A stretch of DNA of 64,000 nt from Candidatus Bathyarchaeota archaeon (GTDB taxonomy: Archaea > Thermoproteota > Bathyarchaeia > TCS64). Position 1 is the first letter of the stretch; each line of letters begins with the position of its first letter. The position numbers and the translations under genes are program-made. This document shows, one piece after another, positions 48,238-58,549 of this stretch. The stretch is taken from assembly GCA_043826455.1 (NCBI GenBank), contig JBDRQD010000048.1, positions 96,001 to 160,000 of the forward strand. The letters run 5' to 3'. The notes below the pieces were generated by a model, which searched no databases, was not told the DNA's origin, and saw nothing but the letters and a program-made list of their open reading frames with translations.

Positions 48238-49146
48238 TTGCCTGAAGCAGCGGCCTTCGCCCCAGGGCACCTCACGGGCCTATTCCAGATATGCGATCAG
48301 CCCGAGGACCCCCTGCTGAAGGGGGCAAGGGGATCAGGGGTCAGCCTCACCCGTGGCACCCACACCACCGTCACAGCTGAGGTCAGCCGCCGCCACAGCC
48401 ACACCGTGGCCATCAACGGGGAGACCATGGCCGACGCCGTGGTCAGCGAGAACGTCCTGGGCAAGTACCTGCCCCGACTCACCAGGCCCCACAGCATACG
48501 CATCAGCCACATCATCGACACGCCCCTCACCGCGGGCTTCGGTAGCAGCGGCGGCGGGGCCCTCAGCCTAAGCCTGGCCCTCAACCAGGCCCTGGGTACA
48601 GGCTTAACTAGGGTCCAGGCGGCCCAGATCGCCCACGTGGCTGAGATAGAGTGTGGCACCGGCCTGGGCAGCGTCTTCGCCGCCAACGTGGGCGGCTTCG
48701 GGGTTCTCCACAGGCCCGGGGCACCGGGCGTCGGCGCCAGCGTGTCCTACCCCAGGAGCCGTGAGCTGAGCGTCGTGTACCTCTACTATGGGCCCATCAA
48801 GACCAAGGAGGCCCTGGGGAACCCTGAGCTGCGGAGCAGGATCAACCAGATAGGTGGCGGGTACGTGGACGAGTTGCACAGGGGGCTCACCCCCGAGAGG
48901 TTCATGAGGCTCTCCAGGCAGTTCACGGAGCACGTAGGCCTCGTCACCCCCCGGCTGAGACGGGTATTCGACGCCATGGACTCCGAGGGCGTGGTCTTCA
49001 CCATGGCCATGTTCGGTGAGGTGGCCTTCACGGTTCAGCTCAGGGACGGGGCTGAGGATGTGGCTGACCTTGTGCGGGGGAAGGGCTTGGCTGAACCCGT
49101 GGTGTGTGGCATAGACACTCGTGGAGCAGTCCTGCTAGGCGACTAG
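48238..49146 (+). CDS. archaeal pantoate kinase (GHMP family)
   Basis: AFAPGHLTGLF, GARGSG, GFGSSGGGAL, AHVAEIECGTGLG. Confidence 0.85.
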   Translation: MPEAAAFAPGHLTGLFQICDQPEDPLLKGARGSGVSLTRGTHTTVTAEVSRRHSHTVAINGETMADAVVSENVLGKYLPRLTRPHSIRISHIIDTPLTAGFGSSGGGALSLSLALNQALGTGLTRVQAAQIAHVAEIECGTGLGSVFAANVGGFGVLHRPGAPGVGASVSYPRSRELSVVYLYYGPIKTKEALGNPELRSRINQIGGGYVDELHRGLTPERFMRLSRQFTEHVGLVTPRLRRVFDAMDSEGVVFTMAMFGEVAFTVQLRDGAEDVADLVRGKGLAEPVVCGIDTRGAVLLGD

Positions 49147-49158
49147 AAAGGGCGGCGC

Positions 49159-49416
49159 CTACACCCTGATGGGGATCAGGATCTCCGTTATGTAATGCGT
49201 CATGTGGATTGGGCGGGGCACCTTCCTGCTCATCTCCTGGAAGTGGTCGAAGCCGTTGGCCTGGAACAGCCACACGTAGTTCCACTTCTCGTTCATGCTG
49301 CCGAAGAGGCCCTCATGTTCGACTGCGGTCTCGATGCAGGCCTTCTGCATCTTCTTGTCGTGCTCCTTGAGCTCCTTGCGTGTGCCTGTCCAGTCGAAGT
49401 AAAGCAGGATTTTCAT
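49159..49416 (-). CDS. small hypothetical protein
   Basis: ORF with host codon usage filling the gap between convergent genes. Confidence 0.6.
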   Translation of the reverse strand: MKILLYFDWTGTRKELKEHDKKMQKACIETAVEHEGLFGSMNEKWNYVWLFQANGFDHFQEMSRKVPRPIHMTHYITEILIPIRV

Positions 49417-49552
49417 CCGTCGGTCCCCTTGACGTATCCCACCATCCATATATCCTTATCGCTCCGTGAACCCTCATAAGAGGCTTACAGTTAACGCGGC
49501 CACTGCGAGCACAATCCATAATAGATAACGGTGTGACCCTTGTAACCTGTCA

Positions 49553-50737
49553 GTGGTTAAGATGCCTAACGTAAGTCCCTTTGATAAACCGACCATCCAG
49601 AGCAGGCTCTCCGTCCGCGGAACCAAGTGGCACAGAGACGCCCCGGACGTGATCCCCCTCTGGTTGGCGGACCCGGACTATCCCTTATGCCCTGAGCTTA
49701 AGGACGAGATGAGAAAGGTCATCGAGGAGGAGTACACGGTCTACGGCTCGGACCTGGAGGCCCGCCGCGCCATCTCGGAGAAGCTGAAGCGCTTCAACAA
49801 GCTGGACATCCCCAAGGAGCAGGTCATGATGAGCCAAGGGGTAACCCCCATCATGTGGCTGGCCATCCAGAACGCCTGCAAGCCGGGGGACGAGGTCATA
49901 GTGACCGACCCCATGTACTTCCCCTTCTTCACGGCCGTCAGCGTCACCAACACGCGGCCCGTGTACTGGAAGCTTGACCTGGAGGAGGGGTACAGCTTCG
50001 ACGTGGAGCGCCTCAAGGCGTGCATAACCCCAAAAACCAGGCTCATCTTCGTCTGCAACCCCCACAACCCCGCCGGCCGCGCCATGACCAAGGAGGAGCT
50101 GAAGGGCATCGCCGAGGTGGCGGTGGACAACAAGCTCTACATAATGGTGGACGAGCTGTGGGAGGACATCAGGTACGACGGCCACAAGCACTACAGCCTG
50201 GCCGCCGTAGACGACGAGGCCGCTGCCCAGACCATGACCAGCTGGGGCTTCAGCAAGACGTGGAGCGTCCCCGGATTCCAGGCCGGGTATATGGGCTGCA
50301 CCAACAAGGTGATGTTCGAGGGCCTCCAGAAGATGGCGAACGGGGTCCTCAGGGGCACCAACAACCTGAGCAAGGGCATAGCTTCCCTCATCTGCAGCGG
50401 TAAGATCGATTACTGGGTCAAGGACATGAACAAATACATGGCCGAGGTCCGGGACCTGGTCGCTAAGAGGCTCACCGGGATGGGGGACATCACAGTCCCC
50501 AGGCTGGACGCCACTTACCTCATGTTCCCACGGTTCAACTACGGGATAAGCAGCAACGAGCTGGAGAAGGTCCTGTTGAACGACGCCAAGGTGAGCCTGC
50601 ACAACGGCATAGCCTTCGGCCCCAGCGGCGACGGTCACATGAGGATACTGACGGCCACCAGCAAGGGCATAATGAACGAGGCCCTTGACAGGATCGAGGG
50701 TGTCATCCCCAAGCTGGAGAAGATGAAGAAGAAGTAG
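49553..50737 (+). CDS. class I/II PLP aminotransferase (MalY-like)
   Basis: PLWLADPD, CNPHNPAG, VDELW, GFSKTW. Confidence 0.88.
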   Translation: MVKMPNVSPFDKPTIQSRLSVRGTKWHRDAPDVIPLWLADPDYPLCPELKDEMRKVIEEEYTVYGSDLEARRAISEKLKRFNKLDIPKEQVMMSQGVTPIMWLAIQNACKPGDEVIVTDPMYFPFFTAVSVTNTRPVYWKLDLEEGYSFDVERLKACITPKTRLIFVCNPHNPAGRAMTKEELKGIAEVAVDNKLYIMVDELWEDIRYDGHKHYSLAAVDDEAAAQTMTSWGFSKTWSVPGFQAGYMGCTNKVMFEGLQKMANGVLRGTNNLSKGIASLICSGKIDYWVKDMNKYMAEVRDLVAKRLTGMGDITVPRLDATYLMFPRFNYGISSNELEKVLLNDAKVSLHNGIAFGPSGDGHMRILTATSKGIMNEALDRIEGVIPKLEKMKKK

Positions 50738-50755
50738 CTCTTCTCCACCCTTCCC

Positions 50756-52591
50756 TTATTTTGACACGGCTTCCTGCTTTAGAGGTTCCTCCGGCTCAGC
50801 CTCGGCAGCGTACTTGAACTGCATCTCGTACAGCTGCTTGTAGAGGCCTCCCAGCCGGATGAGCTCGTCGTGGGTGCCCTGCTCGGCTATCCTCCCCTGG
50901 TCCAGGACCACTATCTTGTCTGCGTTCCTGACGGTGCTGAGCCTATGCGCTATGATGATGCTGGTTCTGTTCCTGAGCACCTTCTCCAGGGCCTTCTGGA
51001 TGATGAGCTCCGTGTAGGCGTCTATGCTGCTGGTGGCCTCATCCATTATCAGTATCCTGGGGTCCGTCAGCAGCGCCCTTGCGAGGCTTATGAGCTGCCT
51101 CTGACCCACGCTGAGCCTACCGCCGCGCTCCCGGACGTCCGTGTCGTAGCCCTCCGGCAGCCTCATGATGAACTCATGAGCACCCACGGCGTCGGACACC
51201 TCCACGATCTCGTCGTCGGTGGCGTCCAGTCTGCCGTACCTGACGTTCTCCCGGATGCTGGCGCTGAACAGGAACGTGTCCTGGAGGACCACGGCCATCT
51301 GGCGGCGGAGAGACTTCACCTCCACGTCCCTGAGGTCTAGGCCGTCCACTGTGATCCTGCCCTCCGTTGGGTCGTAGAACCTGTAGAGGAGGTTGGTCAT
51401 GGTGGTTTTACCCACACCCGTGGGTCCGACCAGGGCTATTGTGGTGTTGGGCTCTATCACCAGGTCTATGTCCTGGAGCACCGGCTGCCCGGGCTCGTAC
51501 TCGAAGCTCATGTTCTCGTAGCTGACCCTGCCCACGATCCTGGGCATCTCCATGGCGTCGGGCTTGTCGAATATCATGGTTGGCGTGTCCATGATGCCGA
51601 ACACCCTTTCCGACGCGGCCAGGGCTGACTGGACGCTGTTCCAGAACATGCTCAGGTCTTGTATGGGCCAGAAGAACCTGCCCAGGTAGTTCATGAACCC
51701 GAAGAGGACGCCCACGCTGAGCTCACCCCTCATGACGGCCACGCCGCCGAACCAGAGGACCAGGAAGTTGCCCACTGAGGTGAACACGTTGACGGCGGGC
51801 CAGAAGGCTGACATGACCTGGCCGGCCTGGACGTTGGCCTCCATGTTGCTCCGGTTCACCTGCTGGAACTCCTCCCGCGTCTGGCCCTCCCTGCTGAAGC
51901 TCTGAATCTCCTTCATGCCGCTGACGCTCTCCTCCATCTTGGCGGAGACGCTGGCTATGGTCTTCCGGGTCTCCCTGTACACCTTGCGCACCCGCTTCCC
52001 CCAGAAGTAGAGAAACAGGAACATGACGGGGATGATGCTGAAGGTGATGAGGCTCAGCCTCCAGTTCATGTACAGCATTATGGCCACTATCCCCACCAGG
52101 GTGAACAGGTCGGTCACCACGTTAGCTATGCCGCTGCTCACCAGCTCAGTGATCTTCTCCACGTCGTTGGTGGCCCTGGAGACCACGCTGCCCACCTCCT
52201 GCTTGGCGTAGAAGCCCAGGCCCAGCTCCTGCAGGTGCCTGAACATGTCCATCCTGAGGTCGTACTCCAGCTTCGCCCCCAGCCACTCAATGAGGTACCG
52301 CTGGGCGTACTGGGACGCGAACACCATGGCGTACACGGCGATGAAGGCCCCTCCGATGAGCAGAAGCCCGTTCATGTCCAGCTTCTTGATGTACTCGTCG
52401 ATGGTCAGGCTCAGCATGTAGGGCGGCAGGAGGCTGACCACGGTGGACACGATTATGACGGCGAACAGCATGAGGCTCTTCCTGCGGTGCCGGGTTATGT
52501 AGCCCAGCATCCTGCGCATGAGAACCACGTCAGGCGTCGCCCTGTCGTAGTCGTCTTCCCCAGCCCAGTGCTCCATGTGGTGCATGCCCAT
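50756..52591 (-). CDS. ABC exporter TMD-NBD subunit (canonical Walker B/H-switch, degenerate signature)
   Basis: GPTGVGKT, LSVGQRQ, ILIMDE, IAHRL. Confidence 0.93.
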   Translation of the reverse strand: MGMHHMEHWAGEDDYDRATPDVVLMRRMLGYITRHRRKSLMLFAVIIVSTVVSLLPPYMLSLTIDEYIKKLDMNGLLLIGGAFIAVYAMVFASQYAQRYLIEWLGAKLEYDLRMDMFRHLQELGLGFYAKQEVGSVVSRATNDVEKITELVSSGIANVVTDLFTLVGIVAIMLYMNWRLSLITFSIIPVMFLFLYFWGKRVRKVYRETRKTIASVSAKMEESVSGMKEIQSFSREGQTREEFQQVNRSNMEANVQAGQVMSAFWPAVNVFTSVGNFLVLWFGGVAVMRGELSVGVLFGFMNYLGRFFWPIQDLSMFWNSVQSALAASERVFGIMDTPTMIFDKPDAMEMPRIVGRVSYENMSFEYEPGQPVLQDIDLVIEPNTTIALVGPTGVGKTTMTNLLYRFYDPTEGRITVDGLDLRDVEVKSLRRQMAVVLQDTFLFSASIRENVRYGRLDATDDEIVEVSDAVGAHEFIMRLPEGYDTDVRERGGRLSVGQRQLISLARALLTDPRILIMDEATSSIDAYTELIIQKALEKVLRNRTSIIIAHRLSTVRNADKIVVLDQGRIAEQGTHDELIRLGGLYKQLYEMQFKYAAEAEPEEPLKQEAVSK

Positions 52592-54489
52592 TAGAAGGCA
52601 CCTCCCGTATCCGCTGCCACCTGAGTCTGGTACAGCTTGCGGTATATGCCGTCGTGCTTCATCAGCTCCTCGTGGGTGCCCTTCTCGGCTATGCCGCCGT
52701 CGTCCAGCACCAGTATGTAGTCGGCCTTCTTGATGCTGCTGAGGCGCTGGGTGATGATGAAGGTGGTCCTGTTCTCCAGCAGCTCGTCCAGAGCCAGCTG
52801 TATCTCGTACTCGGTCTGGGTGTCCACGCTGCTGGTGCTGTCGTCCAGAATCAGAATCTTGGGGTTCTTCAGCAGTGCCCTGGCAATGGCGACCCGCTGC
52901 TTCTGGCCGCCGCTGAGGGTCACGCCCCGTTCACCCACCTTGGTGTCGTAGCCGTCAGGCAGACCCGCTATGAACTCGTGTATCTTAGCCTGGGCCGCGG
53001 CCTCCTTCACCTTGTCCATGGTGGCGTCCTCCACCCCGTAACTTATGTTCTCCCTGAGCGTGGTGCTGAAGATGAAGGGGTCCTGGCGGACGATGCCTAT
53101 GTGTTTCCTGAGGCTCTTGATGGTCACGTCCCGGATGTCGGCGCCGTCCACCCTGATGGCGCCCCGGGTGACGTCGTAGAACCGGGGGATGAGGTTGATG
53201 AAGCTGCTCTTGCCGCTGCCCGTGGCCCCCAGTATGGCCACGGTCTGCCCCGGCTGGACGTCCAGGTCTATGCCCCTGAGCACCATGTTCTTGCCATCGT
53301 AGCTGAACCAGGCGTCCTCGAAGGTCACCCGGCCCTCCACCGTCTTCAGCTCCTGGGCCCCCTCCTTGTCGTGGACGTCCACCTTGGCGTCCATGATCTC
53401 GAAGACCCTCTCGGAGGCCGCGTTGGCCCTGACGAACATGGATGTGAGGAAGCCCAGCATCCTCACCGGCTGCATGAGGCGGGTCAGGTACAAGTAGAAG
53501 GCCACCAGGCTGCCTATGCTGAGGGCCCCGGCAATTACCTGGTTGCCGCCGTACCAGAGGACGGCCACTAGGCCGACGCTGGATATGAGGGTTGCCAGGG
53601 GCATGAAGAAGCTCCTGAGCTTGGCCATGATGATGTTGATGTCGAAGTATCTCTGGCACTCGACCGCGAACTTCTGCTCCTCGTAGCTCTCCCTGTTGAA
53701 GCCGCGGACCACCCGTATGCCCGTCAGGTTCTCCTGCAGCACCGAGGTTATGACCCCGAACTGGTCGCGGACCTGCCTCCACATGGGGCTGACGGTCCTG
53801 GAGTACTTGAGGGTGGCCGCGAAGATGAGGGGCACCACGATCATGGAGACTAGGGTGAGCTCCAGGTTGAGCGTCACCATGGAGTAGAAGACCATGGCAA
53901 GGAGCAGTACGGTGCTCATGCCCTGCCTCAGCCCCATGTCGAAGAACCGTTCCAGCATGTTGATGTCCCCGGTGGCCCTGGCCATGAGCTGCCCGGTGCG
54001 CTGCTGGTCGTAGAAGCTGAAGCTCTGGTCCAGGAGGCTGTTGTAGAGGGCGTTCCTCATGTCGAAGCTGGCCTTCTGAGCCACCACGGTGCTGATGTAC
54101 CTCTCAGCGTAGTTGATGAGCCCGTCCAGGGCGGCTATCACTATGAGGCTGAAGCTGAACACCAGAAGCATTCCGAAGTTTATCTGCATCCCCGTCAACC
54201 CCGTGAGCCACTTGGATAAGGGGAGAAGGACCACGTAGGCCAGGTCCTCCACGCCTCCGCCGACCCTCATCTCGGCGCCCGAGGCCAGGCTCTCCACCAT
54301 GTCCACTATGTCGCCTATGATGGCGGGGCTCAGGACACTTAGCACCGTGGTGAAGACTATGAGGACCATGATGGCCTTCAGCTCCCAGTAGGGGAGTATG
54401 TACCTCATCATGCGCCGGAAGATGGACCAGCTGAACTGGCCCAGGCCCCGCTCCTGCTGCCTCTGCATGGGCGTCACTCGTCCTCCCAT
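52591..54489 (-). CDS. ABC exporter TMD-NBD subunit (degenerate Walker B/Q-switch)
   Basis: GATGSGKS, LSGGQKQ, ILILDD, ITQRL; TM287/288-type heterodimer pattern. Confidence 0.93.
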   Translation of the reverse strand: MGGRVTPMQRQQERGLGQFSWSIFRRMMRYILPYWELKAIMVLIVFTTVLSVLSPAIIGDIVDMVESLASGAEMRVGGGVEDLAYVVLLPLSKWLTGLTGMQINFGMLLVFSFSLIVIAALDGLINYAERYISTVVAQKASFDMRNALYNSLLDQSFSFYDQQRTGQLMARATGDINMLERFFDMGLRQGMSTVLLLAMVFYSMVTLNLELTLVSMIVVPLIFAATLKYSRTVSPMWRQVRDQFGVITSVLQENLTGIRVVRGFNRESYEEQKFAVECQRYFDINIIMAKLRSFFMPLATLISSVGLVAVLWYGGNQVIAGALSIGSLVAFYLYLTRLMQPVRMLGFLTSMFVRANAASERVFEIMDAKVDVHDKEGAQELKTVEGRVTFEDAWFSYDGKNMVLRGIDLDVQPGQTVAILGATGSGKSSFINLIPRFYDVTRGAIRVDGADIRDVTIKSLRKHIGIVRQDPFIFSTTLRENISYGVEDATMDKVKEAAAQAKIHEFIAGLPDGYDTKVGERGVTLSGGQKQRVAIARALLKNPKILILDDSTSSVDTQTEYEIQLALDELLENRTTFIITQRLSSIKKADYILVLDDGGIAEKGTHEELMKHDGIYRKLYQTQVAADTGGAF

Positions 54490-55076
54490 GAGGCCTCCAG
54501 GATCGCTGAGAGCCTCCTCACGGCGTCCATGTACTCGGGGTCCTTAAGGAGCTGTATGTGGTTGAGTATGTGGGCCACGTTTCTGGCCGCGAAGGGGCTG
54601 ATCTCGGCCTTTCCCTTCCTCTTGGTGAGGCGGTCCTCGTAGGCCTTCTTCTCCCGCATGTAGCAGGTTCTGAGGAGCCCCCTGACTTGAGCCCGCTTGC
54701 CATCCGGGACATCCACGTAGTCCTCCAGGCCCTGCATGAGCTTGTCCATGTACTCCTCCTGCCACGCCGAGAAGTCAGGGTCCTGGCTCAGGGCCTCCGT
54801 GAGGCTGTAGGCCACGTGGTAGCTGTGGCTAACGCTCCTATAGTAGGGCTGGACCATGTTGCGGACCTTGTCCTCCCGGCTGACCTCTATGAGGCCGGCC
54901 CCGAGCATGGTGTTCAGGTGGTGGATGATGCTGCTGTGGTTCTTGTTGAGGGCCTTGGCCAGGTCTGTGGCGGACATCTCCTGGTGCCTGAGGAGGTGCA
55001 GTATCTCCCGGCGGGTGGGGTCGGCCAGGAGCTTGGCCACCTCCGGGTCCTTTATGATGGTGGTTCCTCGGCTCAT
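54474..55076 (-). CDS. ArsR-family winged-helix regulator
   Basis: AKLLADPTRREILHLL..HHLNTMLGAGLI. Confidence 0.88.
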   Translation of the reverse strand: MSRGTTIIKDPEVAKLLADPTRREILHLLRHQEMSATDLAKALNKNHSSIIHHLNTMLGAGLIEVSREDKVRNMVQPYYRSVSHSYHVAYSLTEALSQDPDFSAWQEEYMDKLMQGLEDYVDVPDGKRAQVRGLLRTCYMREKKAYEDRLTKRKGKAEISPFAARNVAHILNHIQLLKDPEYMDAVRRLSAILEASWEDE

Positions 55077-55081
55077 TGTAT

Positions 55082-55101
55082 CGCTACAGTCACGTGTAGC
55101 G
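55082..55101. promoter_or_regulatory. putative operator of the ArsR-ABC operon
   Basis: inverted repeat CGCTACA-N6-TGTAGCG between a TATA-like element (~55106-55115, minus) and the start codon. Confidence 0.6.
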
Positions 55102-55162
55102 GTCTAATATACTTTACTAAAAATCGGCGCTCTTGAAAGAGAATGTGTTAGTTGCCTGAGGA

Positions 55163-55486
55163 CTACTTTCTGTGGCACAGGTTCCGCATCTTCTTGCCTG
55201 CGCCCGTCATACCCCTGTAGACGCGGCCCACCACGGGCTTGCCGGTCTGCCTGGGCTTCTCCACCTTGAGGCCCGCCTCCTTGGCCTCCTTCAGGTACTC
55301 CCTGAGGGCCTCCACGTTCTCCTCGTGGCTCGTCCTTCTCCGGGGGTCGTAGGGAACACCCAGCTTCACGGCCTCTCCGGGTGAGACCTCCGCGGCCTTC
55401 AGCTCCTCGGCGCTGAACCCCTTGCCATCCCTGGCCCTGTCGCCGCTGGTGATAACAGGTTCAATCATGCGTACCACTGTGATCAC
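55163..55486 (-). CDS. rpl13e: 50S ribosomal protein eL13 with C-terminal extension
   Basis: [29 protein letters not shown]. Confidence 0.85.
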   Translation of the reverse strand: MITVVRMIEPVITSGDRARDGKGFSAEELKAAEVSPGEAVKLGVPYDPRRRTSHEENVEALREYLKEAKEAGLKVEKPRQTGKPVVGRVYRGMTGAGKKMRNLCHRK

Positions 55487-55893
55487 CTGTAGCTCTTCTG
55501 CTTCCTGCGCCTGGCGCCGGGGCCGCCGAACTTCTTGGGCTCCTTCCGCCTAGGGTCGCCGGCCAGCATGGTCCTGTCGTACTCGATGTACCTGGACCTG
55601 AGGCGCTTGCTCCTAGTGAACTTGACTATGCCCTGGGCGATGCCCATCCTGGCGGCCTCGGCCTGGCCCAGGAATCCTCCGCCGTGGGTCTTGACGCTGA
55701 TGTCCACCTTGTCCCTGTAGTCGCCCGCCAGCATGAGGGGCTCCAGAAGCTTGGCCCTCGCCATGTAGGGCTCCACCAGGTGCACGGGCACGTTGTTGAT
55801 CCTCACCCTGCCCTTGCCCTCGGACACCACGACCCTGGCCTTGCTGGCCCTGCGCTTGCCGACGGCTAGAACAGATCTCTTCTTACTTGACAA
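55483..55893 (-). CDS. rps9: 30S ribosomal protein uS9
   Basis: [45 protein letters not shown]. Confidence 0.97.
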   Translation of the reverse strand: MSSKKRSVLAVGKRRASKARVVVSEGKGRVRINNVPVHLVEPYMARAKLLEPLMLAGDYRDKVDISVKTHGGGFLGQAEAARMGIAQGIVKFTRSKRLRSRYIEYDRTMLAGDPRRKEPKKFGGPGARRRKQKSYR

Positions 55894-55899
55894 TCATCA

Positions 55900-56325
55900 T
55901 CACTTCTTCCAGCCGATGGCTTCGGCGATCTCTCCTATGGTTACGAACCTGCGGCTCAGAGTGTCCGAGTGAACCTCCGGGATGCTCTGCTTCTCCACGG
56001 CGGCCAGCTCCTCGGGGACGCCTATGTGGACCCTGAGGCGCTTGAAGGCCTTCTGGCCCATGGGCTTCCTGTAGGGCAGCATGCCCCTTATGGTCTTCCT
56101 GACGATTCTGTGGGGCTGCCTGTAGTGGACGGGGCCCTTCTCGTGGCCGCCCAGGTTAAGGAACTCCAGCTCCTTGTCTACCACCATCTTGCGCTTCCCT
56201 GAGACGACGATCTTCTCAGCGTTGACTATCTCTATGGTCTCGCCTGCGAGAAGCCTCCTGGCGACCAGGCTGGCCATCCTACCCAGTATGAGGCCGTTCC
56301 CGTCGATGACTGTTCGCTCGGACAT
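55900..56325 (-). CDS. rpl13: 50S ribosomal protein uL13
   Basis: ILGRMASLVA, NAEKIVVSG, IRGMLPY, LRVHIGVP. Confidence 0.96.
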   Translation of the reverse strand: MSERTVIDGNGLILGRMASLVARRLLAGETIEIVNAEKIVVSGKRKMVVDKELEFLNLGGHEKGPVHYRQPHRIVRKTIRGMLPYRKPMGQKAFKRLRVHIGVPEELAAVEKQSIPEVHSDTLSRRFVTIGEIAEAIGWKK

Positions 56326-56382
56326 TCTTGTTCAACCTTGCTGTGCGTGAGCCGCGTAATGCACCACCTTTGACAATGTTTC

Positions 56383-56399
56383 TGCGTATAAAGGTTTTC
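56383..56399 (-). promoter_or_regulatory. BRE-TATA promoter of rpl13-rps9-rpl13e
   Basis: GAAAACCTTTATA on the minus strand about 60-75 nt upstream of rpl13. Confidence 0.6.
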
Positions 56400-56503
56400 C
56401 AAAACCTGATGCGTCAAGGCTGGGGCGGATGGTCACACCCGGGTGAGACAACCCGCGGGTTACCCTTTTTAATCTTCAAGTCTCATGGACCAGCGAGCAC
56501 CCG

Positions 56504-57640
56504 ATGCACATCATGTACCGTGAGCTTGTGGAGGCCGGCGAGGCCGCCTACGTCAGGGGGGAATCCTTGGATGCTCTGAGGCAGGTGGACGTGGTGGTCT
56601 TCGACTGCGACGGGGTCCTCCTGGACGTGAGGGGGTCCTACATTAGGGCAGTGGCTCGTACGGTGAGCCTGCTGGTTGAGGCCTTCACAGGCTCAGCGGT
56701 CCCCGAGGCCATGGTTGACCCAGCCCTCAACTACGCGTACAAGCAGACGGGGGGCTTCAACAACGACTGGAGCCTGGCCTACGCCCTCACCATGAGGACA
56801 CTGGCCGAGGCCGGGGACGCCCTCACGGAGATCAACGGGGTAGCCGAAGCCGCCGCCGGCATTCAGGAACTCCCCGCCCGCCTGGAGTACATCCGCCGCC
56901 ACAGGCCCGAGGCCCACATACCCGTGGACGGCCTCTACCAGAAGCTCTACGGTTTCGCGGGGGAGCTAGACGACACAGGCCACCAGGCTGCTGACCGCCA
57001 CCTGGGGCACCTTGAGCCAGTCAAGAGGGCTTTAAACTACAGAGCGGGAGTGGGGGAGAGCCTGGTCTCCACCCTGTTCGAGGAGGTACTCCTCGGAAGC
57101 CGCCTCTTCCAAGAGGCCTTCGGTTTATCAGCTTCCTTAACCTCTTGTGACCGGGGCTTCGTGGAGGACACTGAGGTAGTAATCACTGAGTCTACCATCC
57201 GTGACCTAGAGGCTCTGCTGGGGGGCCGCCGCCTCGGGGTGGCCTCGGGGAGCATCCGGAGTACTGCTTACAACGTCCTTGGCCCCTTGGCTCACATGAT
57301 ACCCAGGGAGGCCCAGGTGTGGCACGACGACGTGGACGAGTTCGCAGGGGCCACGGGCCGCGGGGACCTCCACAAGCCTAACCCGTACCCACTGGTAGCC
57401 GCGTGCGAGCCCTACAGGCCGTACCTCTGCGTCCTATACGTGGGGGACACGGCCGCGGACCACCTCATGGCCAGGAGGGCCGGCGGGGTCTTCCTTTTCG
57501 CAGGGGTGTACGGCGTGGCCCACGGGGCTGAAGAGACTAAGCGGGGCTTCCTGGAGGCTGGATGCGACATCGTGGCGTCTAACGTCAACCAGTTACCGGG
57601 GATCATGAGACAAGCTCGGTTACTAGACCCAGGCGGCTAG
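56504..57640 (+). CDS. HAD-superfamily hydrolase
   Basis: FDCDGVLLD, GGFNNDW, KPNP, YVGDTAAD. Confidence 0.85.
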   Translation: MHIMYRELVEAGEAAYVRGESLDALRQVDVVVFDCDGVLLDVRGSYIRAVARTVSLLVEAFTGSAVPEAMVDPALNYAYKQTGGFNNDWSLAYALTMRTLAEAGDALTEINGVAEAAAGIQELPARLEYIRRHRPEAHIPVDGLYQKLYGFAGELDDTGHQAADRHLGHLEPVKRALNYRAGVGESLVSTLFEEVLLGSRLFQEAFGLSASLTSCDRGFVEDTEVVITESTIRDLEALLGGRRLGVASGSIRSTAYNVLGPLAHMIPREAQVWHDDVDEFAGATGRGDLHKPNPYPLVAACEPYRPYLCVLYVGDTAADHLMARRAGGVFLFAGVYGVAHGAEETKRGFLEAGCDIVASNVNQLPGIMRQARLLDPGG

Positions 57641-58549
57641 GCCGTGCATCATGTTGGCCATGTCGCCGCCCGCCCTCAGCCTGAGCACCTGTACGGATGC
57701 GGGCTCACCTGTACATGGCTGCTCTTCATCTCCCAGATTTATCACCAGGGTTCGCACACCTGAGTGTCCCAGGGTGTCGAGGAGCCCAGCGGCTTCATGG
57801 TCCAGTTTGTCTGTGATCACCACCAGCCTCTCAGGGTTAGCGAGAGCAGCCGTCTTTAGGGCTCTCCTTATGTCAGCCTCCTGTCCCCTTGGCGGAGCTG
57901 GGCTCCCTGATTCTCCGTACCTGATGAGGGACGAGTTCACGTACATGCTCCGCAGAGCCTCCGCCAGGAACCCAGCCACCTGGCTCTTCTGGTAGCTCTC
58001 CCACAGGCTCCAGGGCTCCCCCATGGCTGGTCGTCCGTTTAGAAGCAGCACCGTGCGGTCCCGCCTGCCGTCATCGGCTCGCATGGGTCCCCTGCCCTCA
58101 TTCGTGGAGCTGGATGAGTATGGTTTAAAATCCCTCCAGGTTGGCCGGCGGCGCCTCCTGTCAATCTTCATGTAAGACCTCAGAAGCTCCGTGAACTCGT
58201 GGGGCCGGTTCTCCTTCAACAGCCTCAGTATGAGCCGCTCCTCGTCGTAGACCGTGACGGGGTGCATGGAGGACCTGCGTACCGCCGTGGGCTTCGTCTC
58301 CGCTCCATCCCCCAGGAGCGCCACGTAGAACCCTCCGCCGCCGTCCACCTCCAGGAGCCGCGGCCTCTCAGCCTCCCCCAGGGTGAGCCTCCCCTCAGCG
58401 ATGTACTCCTCCACCTGAGCCTTGAGATCCCTCTTCTCCACGTATATGCGGGCTGTGGGCTTGCCGTCCAGGTAGGCGGCTGCCCCTCCAACGGCCCTGA
58501 AGGCCAGGGACACCTTGGGTCTCCACTCGCCTTCGCTGGCCCCGCTCAT
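57623..58549 (-). CDS. vWA-like protein with degenerate MIDAS
   Basis: ATGA-coupled to the MoxR-like ATPase; TVLLLNGRPAM, LVVITD, TLVINLG vWA-like strands. Confidence 0.55.
   Translation of the reverse strand: MSGASEGEWRPKVSLAFRAVGGAAAYLDGKPTARIYVEKRDLKAQVEEYIAEGRLTLGEAERPRLLEVDGGGGFYVALLGDGAETKPTAVRRSSMHPVTVYDEERLILRLLKENRPHEFTELLRSYMKIDRRRRRPTWRDFKPYSSSSTNEGRGPMRADDGRRDRTVLLLNGRPAMGEPWSLWESYQKSQVAGFLAEALRSMYVNSSLIRYGESGSPAPPRGQEADIRRALKTAALANPERLVVITDKLDHEAAGLLDTLGHSGVRTLVINLGDEEQPCTGEPASVQVLRLRAGGDMANMMHGLAAWV

Noticed and set aside
50756..54489. Degenerate ABC motifs as pseudogenisation
   Set aside because: Reciprocal degeneracy is the normal pattern of heterodimeric exporters.
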